Source: Chrysochromulina tobinii (Eukaryota). From it: a stretch of DNA of 34,287 nt. Where the stretch lies: contig JWZX01002445.1 in assembly GCA_001275005.1 (NCBI GenBank), positions 1-34,287 on the forward strand, given 5' to 3'. A program made the position numbers and the translations under genes. Of the stretch, positions 9,673 through 19,453 are shown piece after piece. The notes under the pieces were generated by a model that saw nothing but the letters and a program-made list of their open reading frames with translations, did no database searches and had not been told where the DNA came from. Each line of letters starts with the position of its first letter. Position 1 is the stretch's first letter.

Positions 9673-9791
9673 CACTCCGGAAAAAGGAATGCCCGAGGGC
9701 AACTTGCTTTCATGCTGTGCCGACACCACATTCCCCAGGTTGGGGTTGTCGGTGTGGGGGCGGCATTGCGGTTCGAATCCGCACGGAGTGA
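9673..9791 (+). ncRNA. tRNA-like structured element (canonical acceptor stem and T-arm, two non-canonical long arms)
   Basis: CACTCCG (9673-9679) pairs with CGGAGTG (9784-9790), followed by A9791. T-arm TGCGG-TTCGAAT-CCGCA (9767-9783) contains the B-box GGTTCGAATCC. Arms 9680-9711 and 9712-9766 close a four-way junction. Expression is unknown. Confidence 0.6.
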
Positions 9792-10242
9792 AAATCGCAA
9801 TACCAACCCATCGAGAGCCCTTTCCGCGCCTCCGGAACCGCTCCCCCTTCGTTATGCTTTTCAGATTTCACGCTCGCTCCGGACGATATGATATGGATAT
9901 GCTCAAATAGTATAACCGCGAACCGGGCGCTAAAAAACACGATAATCCTTATATCGAGGTATTGCTCAACGAACCGCACTATCCAAGCACGGGCACTAAC
10001 GGGCACTTCGGTCATGACTTCGGTCTCGCCGGGACCGTTCGGTTCCCGAGCGCGCGGCTGCCGGCTCGTCCGGCCGACGCGACGCGACCACGCGAACGAA
10101 GACTGGCGCGCATGCTGGCGGCGAAGACGCACGCATCGCCCGCGAACAGCCCGCGAAAAGACAAATGCTCAAAGTCAATACAAAGTCAAATGCAGTTTTT
10201 GATATTGTGATGATCACCTCACAGACTGTAGATCACCTCACT

Positions 10243-11010
10243 TCACTTCTTCGTGGGGCTCGCCGTGAGGCACGGGCCGATGAGGCCTTGGGGGCCGCAG
10301 TACTTGGGGCGGAGCACCTCTTCGATCTGACGTATGTCATCCTCATCGAGCTCGAAGCCGAAGTCGGCCTCGCGCTTCCTGGCCGTCTCGGCGACAATCG
10401 CTTGGAAGCGCATCTCGGCACCATTCTTGTCGACCTCGCCGAAGTTCTGTGAGCTGCCTCCCGTCAGGCCCATAAAGCCCGGATCTGCAGGTGCGGACGT
10501 GGCGGGAGCTTCATTGGCCTTCAGGGACTTGGCCTCGCTGGCCCGGCGCTGCTTCTCGTCAAGCACATTGCGCCGGTCTTCTTCGGGTTTGGCACCTTTG
10601 GGCTTGGGACCTGCTCTGGGCCCATTCTCAATCCTCTCCATCTCGTCCAACTCAGCCCGGAGAGCTGCCACGTCAGCCCTGGATTGTGCCGCGTCGCGCC
10701 CAGCCGCGTCGGCACGCTTCTTGGCCTTGGGCAAATCCTTTTCGACGCAGACGCACGACTCGGATCCCTCGGGGCACGAACAAACTGTCGCAGCGAACAG
10801 AGGCGCCGCGGCAGCAAACAGAGGCAGCGCGGCAGCCGAGTGCAGCGCGGCACGCCGAGAGAGCAGTGCCAGTATGGCCTGTCCACATCGCGGCGAGCGG
10901 GTGCCGTAAGAGCGTTGTGATACGTGGGTCGGAGCCACGGCCGTGAACGACCAGACCATCGTGATCTGAAGCAGCGACCCAACGGTCATCAGCGCCCGCG
11001 ACAAAGCCAT
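10243..11010 (-). CDS. Hypothetical plastid (thylakoid lumen)-targeted protein
   Basis: ATG at 11010; signal peptide ending VWS|FTAVAP (ASAFAP-like), Ser/Thr/Arg transit region, twin-arginine LSRRAALHSAAALPLFAAAAPLFA; mature part has CSC..CVC and C-terminal CGPQGLIGPC. Confidence 0.75.
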   Translation of the reverse strand: MALSRALMTVGSLLQITMVWSFTAVAPTHVSQRSYGTRSPRCGQAILALLSRRAALHSAAALPLFAAAAPLFAATVCSCPEGSESCVCVEKDLPKAKKRADAAGRDAAQSRADVAALRAELDEMERIENGPRAGPKPKGAKPEEDRRNVLDEKQRRASEAKSLKANEAPATSAPADPGFMGLTGGSSQNFGEVDKNGAEMRFQAIVAETARKREADFGFELDEDDIRQIEEVLRPKYCGPQGLIGPCLTASPTKK

Positions 11011-11107
11011 CTTCGGGCTTGTGACCTCAAGCGGCACTCCGCGAACCGGAGGTCGCGGGAGGTCTTCATGTTGGGTGTCGAACTATAAACATTGGCTGTG
11101 AAAGGAA

Positions 11108-11443
11108 GTTCAGTTCAGTTCAGTTCAGTTCAGTTCAGTTCAGTTCCTCGAGCTCCTCGGTCGAGGCGCCTATGTCTCCCTCTTTCTCTCCCCCAATTCC
11201 CCTCTCTCTCTATCTATTCTCTTCGATCTGACGATCTCTAGCTGTACTCTGAGGGGTGAGGGCACGCAGGCTAGCACCCTGTGGCGTGTCTCCTCCTGGT
11301 CTCCTTCCCGTTCGTGCTCCTTCCGTTGTGTCTCACCATCTCCGACGACTCTCACCCCCACTGCTAGCTTAGAGAGCACATTCGATAGGCTTCCGTTAGG
11401 TTGTCTGTTGTTTACGAAGTAACTGAACTGAACTGAACTGAAC
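11108..11443. mobile_element. Small non-coding insertion with inverted (GTTCA)n/(TGAAC)n termini and a 9-bp target-site-like duplication
   Basis: (GTTCA)n 11108-11146; (AACTG)n 11421-11445; TGAAAGGAA at 11099-11107 and 11444-11452; pyrimidine-rich 274-bp core. Confidence 0.75.
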
Positions 11444-11994
11444 TGAAAGGAAATTACTACTCGGCGCTATGGGGGCCCTGGCCTAGTCTTTTTGCGCGCT
11501 GGCTTCAGTCATTCTGTCAGTCACGTCGCGGCCACACATACACCTCCACGTCTCAAAGCAGGCATGCTCAAAGGACGGGTGGACTTCTCCACCTCGAGAC
11601 AACTCTCCGCTCGGCCCGCCTGCACCTTTCCTGCACCTGCACCCCGGTCAACAAAAGTACTGTTACTCGCGCTCGACCGTTACTCGACCGTGGGGTTGCT
11701 CTCTTTGTGTTTACATGTATTGTGTGCCGACTGGTGTTTGTGCGCAACACGCGCACACATCGACACGCAACTCGCAACTGCCAACTCGCACGCAAACACA
11801 GACACTTTCAACACATTGACTCACGATACATCGATTTTTTACCGCGATGACTTGGATTCTCTACGTTGAGTTCGTAACGTGAGCTTGAAGAGATAGCTGA
11901 TAGCGAGAATAGTATGTGCCTGATAGGTCCAACCATACCTGTGGCCCCTTTGTGGCCCCCGTCCGTGCTTGTGCTCACGTGTCCATGTCATGAC

Positions 11995-13250
11995 CTAGTT
12001 GCCCGTGTCCGTGTCTGCGTCCATGACCTTGTCCGTGTCCTTCCGCAGCGCTGCGCTGATCACGCTCGCTGCGTACGCATGGGCGGCATCATGTGGATAG
12101 TAGGCGGATGTCACATACCCGCACTTCGTGCCACACGTGCGCCCCTCCCTCTGAGCATCATTGCGTGCCTCGCCAGCGTCGCACACATCCTTGGATTTCG
12201 TCACGCAAGTCGAGCACTGGTCCATAGGGAATGGTGGTGACGGCGGCAGGTGGCCCCAGCTCGCATCGATGACTTCGGCGCCGAGGACAGTTGCGAGACT
12301 AGCAAGCACATTTTGCGTGCCCGAGCGCTCCATGTAGTACTGCGGGAACTCATCCAGTCCGGTGCAGCCCGAGATCGGGCACGACGACTGCCAGACCAAC
12401 AGGATACGTGGTGGCTTTCCTGCTGGAGCGCCGGCTCGAATGCGGCGCACGAGTTCCTGATACTCCAATGCGGCGCTCGCAAGCGACTGTCGTATCAACT
12501 CCTTAGCATGCTCCACCTCCTCGGGGTTCTTGGAGTGGTACATCCCTTTCAACTTTTCGAACGCATCGATATCACTCAGCTTGCCCGTTTCGGATTCAGG
12601 CGAGTGCCTTCCCCCCATGATGCAAATAATAATGGCGCGCGCATTGTTGAAGACGGGAGCAAGGAGCGGCCAGTTGGGCTCATCCGTGTATGTGTGCGGG
12701 CCCATAGCGCTCCTGCCCAGGTTGAGGATCGGCAAGCTGCCATCCCTCTCGAGCAGCGAGGCGAAGCTGTACCGAGCAACGCAGCCAATAGAATTGGCTG
12801 CGCCCAGCACAACGTCATAGTCCTGTGACTGGAGGGTGATCGAGCCCGGCCCATCGCGAGGCAGCAGCAACACGGCATCGGACGCGGGGACGGTCACCTC
12901 GCACACGCGACGCGCCACAAAGCAGCGGTCGTCGACATACAGGTGGTTGGTGTCGGCAAACATGCTGGGCTTTGTAACCGAAGCTTTCATCTTGTCCTGC
13001 CACTGCTGGATCAACTTAAAGTCGGGCGTATCGGGAACGGTCGAGCAATCTCCAATCTTTGCGACATAGTTGGCGTGCTCGCCTGGCTTGGCGACTGGCT
13101 TGGCGACTGACTTCGTCCTCTTTGGCTTCGCATGTAGCTCGTCTGTCGGGGCAGGTGATGGCTCAACATGGGCTCAACGATGGTATTCATAATGCCGACG
13201 GCGTAAACGCCGCCAACTAGAATGCCAAGCATTAGCGTCTGAAGCCGCAT
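11995..13250 (-). CDS. Signal-anchored DUF6473-like (SGNH-hydrolase-like) protein, one frameshift near 13170
   Basis: ATG 13250 MRLQTLMLGILVGGVYAVGIM (hydrophobic anchor); the frame switches near 13170 into a long open frame ending at 11995. Motifs VVLGAANSIG, FASLLE..PILNLGRSAMGP, ARAIIICIMGGR and YYPHDAAH resemble my recollection of bacterial DUF6473 proteins; needs HMM confirmation. May be a pseudogene. Confidence 0.6.
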
Positions 13251-13568
13251 GTGCACAAAAAACAACGTGCCCGAAAAGGATCGTTTCGAATGTTGCCGCA
13301 AAAGGAAATTTGAAGCCCCACGCTTGAACACCCTTGTAAGTCTTCGGGTATTTTCGACGAATTCACCATAAATCCCGAAGTCACATGTACTGGATCTCCA
13401 AAGGCATTTGGTACGGCATCAAATCCGATATTGGGCGTTTTTATACGTGATGCAATTCGGCATCAATTTTGGCTTTTGATTTACCAACAAAGTCTTCAAC
13501 GACCCGAACCCCACTTCTGAGTCTCGGAGCGGTGGCAACAGACATCATGCGTGTGCCGAACCTCTCTC

Positions 13569-15767
13569 TCACACATTCTCGTCCATCTCGAGCCGGCGCA
13601 GGTGCTGCTTGAGCATCTGCATGGCGTCCCCGCGCTTCGCATCGGGCATCGGCGTGGCCGGGTTCGCTAGCGCCGTGATGAGCGGGCTCAGCTTGGCAAG
13701 CCCTTCGAGCAGGAGCGCCGTTGCGGGCTCAGACACGGCCGAGCCGCTGCCCGTCTGCGCGTACACGTCCGCACGCAGCCCCTGCACTGCGACGAGCAGC
13801 TCGCCGTTGAGACGCGCCGCCTGCTGCGCCGCCGGCGTCTCGCCCTCCTCGAGCCGCAGCAGACCCTCGCCCTTGGCGCCAAACAGCCCGATGGCATGCG
13901 CGCAGCTCGCCGCCACGAGGCGCTCGAGCGGCGCGCAGCCGGCGACGCGCTTGAGCTCATGCTCGATGGCGGCGCCCAGTCGCTTCTCGATGCCCGCGCG
14001 GGCCTGCGCCGGGAGGGATGCAGAGGGCGCGCTCGCCGCCAGCGCGGAGCACTCACGCATCTGTGCCACGCACGTCCGCTGCAGGCTCTCTGCCAGATGC
14101 TTTTCGAACAGCTCTCGCGTGCCGCTGAGGCAGTCGAGCAGCGCCTCGGGAGCGAGGACCGCCACCGCCTCGGCCGGCGGCTTCGCGGGCGCGAGCTGCT
14201 GCGTGAGCTTGGGCAACACGCCGCTCAGCACCGCCATGAGCCGCGGGAGATCCATCGAGATCATCTGCCTCACAAATGGACTTGCACCCGTCGCCTGCGT
14301 CAGCGACGTGCGGAGCGTCTCCGGCAGCGGCGCCCAGAGCGGCGCGAGACCCGCCGCAGCTGCCGTGCCACCCGTGCCACTTGTGCCACCCGGCGCGTCT
14401 CTCTCCCCTGCGGCCCCTGCGGGCCCTGCACACGACTTGACCGTCTCCATCAGAGCCTTGAGAGCCGGGTGGCAGTCAAAGAGCGACGGGTCCGCCATGG
14501 GGTACTTGCCCTTCGGCGGCAGGGGCACGAGCTGCTCGGCCGCCGCGAACACGCGCTCCCGCACCGTGGTGGGCGGCGGGCGCTCCGCGACGAGCGCCGC
14601 GTTGGGCGCCTCCGCCTGCTCGTCGAAGATCGTCGCGAAGAGGGCTTGCGTGAGCGGGTCGCGCTTCTTCGCGAGTACGCGCTGCAGGCTGGTCAGCCGC
14701 ATCGAAGCGGTGAAGAGCGCCTCGGCAAGCCCATCGGCCTTCGACCAGAGCATCTCGCACCAGCCCGCGAGGGCCGAGTTGGGCGGCATGCCGTGCGGCG
14801 GCTTCGCCCCTGCGCCCAGGTCGCCCAGCACTCCGCCGCCACTCGAGAGTCGCTGCGCGGCGTCCGGTCCAAAGATGGCGCTGTCGAAGGCACCCGCGAC
14901 GGCGCTGCGGACGTCGAGGGTCACGTGCTTGGCGGCCTCGATGGCGGTTTGGCGCAGCTCGCCCAGGTGGAAGAAGACCTGCAGCGCCGTGCCCGTCTGC
15001 GCCTGTGACTGCTCCTTGACGCCCGCGCGCAGCATGACAAGTGCTTGGGAGCGCACGCTCGCGCTCGCCTGCTGCACAAACGTCCACTCTGTCTCGATCG
15101 CATCGATGCCGCGCAGGTCGACGGCGGCGAAGAGCTCCTCGAGCTCACGCAGCGCCTGCGCCGCCTTGGGCAGGTCGGTGCGCGCCGCGGCGGAAGGCGC
15201 CGGCTTCACCGTCGTCGCGTCGGACGCTGGCTTGGCTGCGGCTGCATTCGCTCCGCCCCCACCGGGCGGCTCGGGCGGTGCGACGCTCTCCCGGAGCCGC
15301 TTGCACAGCACGAGCGCGCGCTGGGTCTGACGGAGCAGCTCGCCGCACTCCTGCATGCGCTCCAGCTGCGTCACGCACTCCTGCAGCCTCGCGTACGGCT
15401 TCGCGCACTGGGTGCGAATGCGCCGCACCGACTGCGCGAGCGCCTCGACGCGCTCGTTGCTGCGTAGCAACTTGGCCTCGAGCGCGTGCGTCGCATGCAC
15501 GTTGGTAATCAGCGACTCGTACTGCTCGGACACCCTCTCGCCGAGCTCGGTCGAGAGCAACTGCAACCCGCCCTGCAACTGCGGCAGCACCGTCCCGCCA
15601 GTCTTCGCGTCGATGACGCTCTTGGCAAAGGTGAGCGTCGGGTCGTCGCCGCTGGCGGTGGGCGTGGCCGGAGCGGTGGCGTCCGAGCCGGCGAGTAACG
15701 GCGCGAGCGCCGGTGCGGCGAGCAGCGACTGAAGGTCCTCAGAGAACGCGGGCTTGACGCCCGCCAT
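13569..15767 (-). CDS. COG5: Conserved oligomeric Golgi complex subunit 5
   Basis: N-terminal coiled coil (SVRRIRTQCAKPYARL...LLRQTQRALVLCKRL), DLPKAAQ..ELEEL..DLRGID, QAQTGTALQVFFHLGEL, LQRVLAKKRDPLT. First ATG at 15767. Confidence 0.88.
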   Translation of the reverse strand: MAGVKPAFSEDLQSLLAAPALAPLLAGSDATAPATPTASGDDPTLTFAKSVIDAKTGGTVLPQLQGGLQLLSTELGERVSEQYESLITNVHATHALEAKLLRSNERVEALAQSVRRIRTQCAKPYARLQECVTQLERMQECGELLRQTQRALVLCKRLRESVAPPEPPGGGGANAAAAKPASDATTVKPAPSAAARTDLPKAAQALRELEELFAAVDLRGIDAIETEWTFVQQASASVRSQALVMLRAGVKEQSQAQTGTALQVFFHLGELRQTAIEAAKHVTLDVRSAVAGAFDSAIFGPDAAQRLSSGGGVLGDLGAGAKPPHGMPPNSALAGWCEMLWSKADGLAEALFTASMRLTSLQRVLAKKRDPLTQALFATIFDEQAEAPNAALVAERPPPTTVRERVFAAAEQLVPLPPKGKYPMADPSLFDCHPALKALMETVKSCAGPAGAAGERDAPGGTSGTGGTAAAAGLAPLWAPLPETLRTSLTQATGASPFVRQMISMDLPRLMAVLSGVLPKLTQQLAPAKPPAEAVAVLAPEALLDCLSGTRELFEKHLAESLQRTCVAQMRECSALAASAPSASLPAQARAGIEKRLGAAIEHELKRVAGCAPLERLVAASCAHAIGLFGAKGEGLLRLEEGETPAAQQAARLNGELLVAVQGLRADVYAQTGSGSAVSEPATALLLEGLAKLSPLITALANPATPMPDAKRGDAMQMLKQHLRRLEMDENV

Positions 15768-15947
15768 TCGCTGCGCCCACGAGGGCGCTTTTGAAGACGC
15801 TTTGATGCTGCGCGGGGACTCCAAGCCCGCGGGAGGTGAGCATGGAATTGATGACTTGACGTTTCGGGAAACTTTGGTGGCTGTTCTTGAACGAGTGGGA
15901 GCGCTGCTTCTGTTCGTCCCCGAGGCCGACGCCCCACTTGCGGCACC
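15768..15947. promoter_or_regulatory. Short divergent intergenic region (COG5 / giant U-box-TPR gene)
   Basis: Head-to-head ATGs 180 bp apart. Confidence 0.5.
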
Positions 15948-15969
15948 ATGGGCCGGCCCAGCGGATGGG

Positions 15970-16002
<33 letters not shown>

Positions 16003-19000
16003 TGTTACCAGGTGCACAGCTTCCCGGCATGCAGCTTCCCGGCGCGCAGCTGCCTAGCGCTCAACTTCCCAACTTTGGCTTTGGCGGCAGTTCTACCAGC
16101 GGCCTGCTGCCGGCAATGCCCGGTGCGCTCGGACTGCCATCGGCGCAAGACTTTGGCGGCTTTGAGCAGGAGCAGCACGGCGGCGGCATGGGTGGCTCTT
16201 CGGGTGGCCAGCCGCTCTTTCCCGGGCAGCAGCAGCAGCAGCAGCAGGGACGTCAGGTCAAGAGTAACACCGTGCGCTCCGGCCAGCATTTCGGATCTGA
16301 GTCGGCTTCGGGCGGTGGCGCTGGCAGTTTCCGTGGTGGCGGCGGCATGGGCGGCGGCGGCGGCATGGGCGGCTGTTCGATCAGCAGCGTCGCGACGACC
16401 GAGCGCGGCTTCCACTCGTTGCACCGGGGCCGATTCCCAGTGCCCTTGCTCGACCCGATCGTCGCGTGGGACCTTCTCTCGGCTCCCGACACCAAGGGCT
16501 GGAAGGAGGTTGTGGGCGAGATTGACAAGAAGGCCAAACCGCGTGTCAGCTCGTACCGCGTGCGCATCGTCGATGAGGCGGCGGCGGGGGCGGCGGCAGC
16601 GGAGGCGGCGGAGGGCGAGTGGCCAGCCCGCATCGATGCGAGCGCGCGCTCGCCGCGCGTCGTGTTCGTTCGCCGGCTTCGCCGGCCGCTGCCGTTGAGC
16701 GTGGCTGTCGCTCGTGAACTTGATAGCCGCGGGAGGCAGCGTAAGCGTCTCGACCCCGTGACGAGTGCAGTGACGAGTGTGACGAGGCCCGAGCCTGCGC
16801 CACCGCCCAAGCCGCCGCCCAAGCCGCCGCCCAAGCCCTTGCCCATGCCGGATGGCGCTGATGGCGGTGCCGCGCTGAGCTCCCCAGCAGTCATGCCCTC
16901 ATCGCCCCCGATGGCTCCGAGGGCAGCGCAATTGGGCCTCTTCATGATCGGTTCGTCTCGTCCGGCAACCACAGCTCGTACTCCGACCATCGCTCGGACT
17001 CCAACCACGGCTCGCACTCCAATAGCCGCGACGCAAAAGTCGAGCTTGACGCTCGCCCCCCTGGATTTTGAGAGGCCTGTGCGGGGCTCCCCCCCAAACA
17101 CAGTGCGATTTCAAGTGCCCGCCGCCGCCGCAGACTTCGGCGATCTCGGCGTGGGAGATCCGCCGTGGTTACCTGCTCCAGGAGGGTCCATCGCTGCCAC
17201 GCGAGCCGCCCGTACCGCAGCCTCGAGGTCGCCCTCCCCCTCCCCGGAGCGTGAGCCTCCTGGGCATGCCTTCACGCTAGTTCTATTCACACCAGAAGAG
17301 CCTCCTGGGCATGCCGCCGATGCCGAGGCGTTAAGGGCGAGGGAGGGCACGGCTGCGACGCGTGTACAAGCGGTTCATCGCGGTCGCACCGGCAGGGCGA
17401 ATGCCGGTTTGATAGCACAGGCTCGAGAAGAAGCAAAGGCCACCGCAGCGTTTGCGGAGGCGGCGGCGGCGCCGGAGCCTGCGGCGGAGGTGATGGCGGC
17501 GGCGGCGGCGGCGACGGCGGCAGCGGCGGCGGCGGCCGATGAGGAAGCGCGAGCGCAGGCGAGCGCCGCGACGACGCTCCAAGCGGCGCGACGCGGCCGG
17601 GCAGCGCGCTGCGAGGCAGTAGCGCGTCGCATCGAGATGCACGCCCAAGAGCACGCGGCGCGGGAGGAGGAGGCGGAGGCGGCAATCGAGGCGGCTCTGC
17701 TAGCCCAGGCCGAGCGCGCCGCTATCACGCTGCAGGCCACGCATCGAGGGCAGATGGGGCGTGAGCAAATCCGAACACGTAGGGTGGAGGCGGAGCTGGC
17801 GGCCGCGGCTGCAGCGGAGGCGGAGCGGCTGGAAGCGGAGCGATTGGCAGCTGCGCAGGCTGAAGCTGTCAGGCTTGCGGCCGAAGCGGCGGCGGCGGCC
17901 GAAGCGGCCGCGGCGGCCGAGGCGGCCGCGGCGGCCGAGGCCAAGGCTGCCGCTGAGGCTGCGGCAGTAGCAGCAAAGGCAGCCGCGGACGCGAAGGCAG
18001 TCGCGGACGCGAAAGCTGCCGCGGCGCGGCCGGCGCCCATTGTAGCACCCGAGTCACCGCGACGTCCACTTGCGAAGCCATCGCTGCTGACGCCAGCGCC
18101 CAACCTGCCCTCTGCTGCGCCCCTGGTGCCGGCCTTGCCATCGGCGCAATTGGCAATGGGCTTTGGTGAGACCAAGTGGTTCCCGAAGGCGACGCTCCAC
18201 CCGTCGGATTCGGTGATTGAGGACTTGCTCGATGGGGATGAGGGGCGGCGGCCGTTGTCGTCGAAGGCGGCGCGGGTGCTGCCGGTGACGGTCGTGGAGT
18301 CGCCTCGGGAGGAAGGCGAAGACGGCCTCTCCCTGGCCTACTCGACTGAGAAGAAGAAAAAGAAGGACAAGGTGCTTGCGGCACAGCTAACCAAGGACCA
18401 GCGCGCCTCTCCCGACTCGGACTCGATGGGCAAGCTCATGAACCGCAAGGCGCCGCCGCCGCCGCCAGGGCCGCCCGCCGCCTCCAGGGCTACGGGCCCC
18501 CAGGGTCTATTGCCGGGGACGCCGCCATGGCCGCCGCCGTACCCCGTGTCCATGCCGGGGACCCCATCGCCGCCGCTGGCGTTGCCGCAGTACCTCTGCC
18601 CGATTTCTCACGAGGTCATGTTGGACCCCGTCTCCGGCCCCGATGGCCACACGTACGAGCGCGCAAACATTGAGACGTGGCTACAGACACACGACACCAG
18701 CCCCAGCACTGGCGCGAAGCTGCCGCATAAGCTGCTTTCTTCGAATCTGGCTCTGCGTCAGATGATCCAAAAGTCAATGACATCGCATGCGCCGGCGCAG
18801 TACCTCTGCCCGATTTCTCACGAGGTCATGTTGGACCCCGTCTCCGGCCCCGATGGCCACACGTACGAGCGCGCAAACATTGAGTCGTGGCTACAGACGC
18901 ACGACACCAGCCCCAGCACTGGCGCGAAGCTGCCGCATAAGCTGCTTTCTTCGAATCTGGCTCTGCGTCAGATGATCCAAAAATCGATGACGGCTCAGCT

Positions 19001-19422
19001 GAAAGTGTTGGCACCTGTGAAGAAGGAGGAGCAGGGTGTGAATGATGAAGAGGAGGGTCGCCCCTTATCGCCTTCGTTTGGCCTTTTGGCGGATCGGCTT
19101 CCTGCGACACCAACGCAGCCATCGACAGGTCCGCGCGCGATGACGCCGCTGTGGCTGCAGGAGCGATCTCCGGAGCGATCTCCGGAGCGATCGAAGCCGA
19201 TGACACCCTCACCATTCTCTCCCCCGATGACGCCAAAGTCGACCAAGCCGCCGAAGCCGCTCGAGTCACTGCCGGACTTATCCAACGAGGCCGATCCGGA
19301 GCTCGCCCAAAGGAGATTGGCACAAAATCTGGAGGAGTCCGGTGTTTTGTTCGAGGACTCCGACGAGGATCGTCATCAGGAGGCGCCATGGACAAAGGAT
19401 AAGACGCCGCCGCCGCAGCCGA

Positions 19423-19453
<31 letters not shown>

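Noticed and set aside
9673..9791. Calling this a standard tRNA gene or tRNA-Sec
   Set aside because: No U8, D-loop GG or 7-nt anticodon loop; 7/5 geometry rather than the eukaryotic Sec 9/4; I found no intron removal that yields a normal cloverleaf.
11108..11445. CRISPR array or interstitial telomere
   Set aside because: Contiguous 5-mers without spacers; the unit is not TTAGGG-like.
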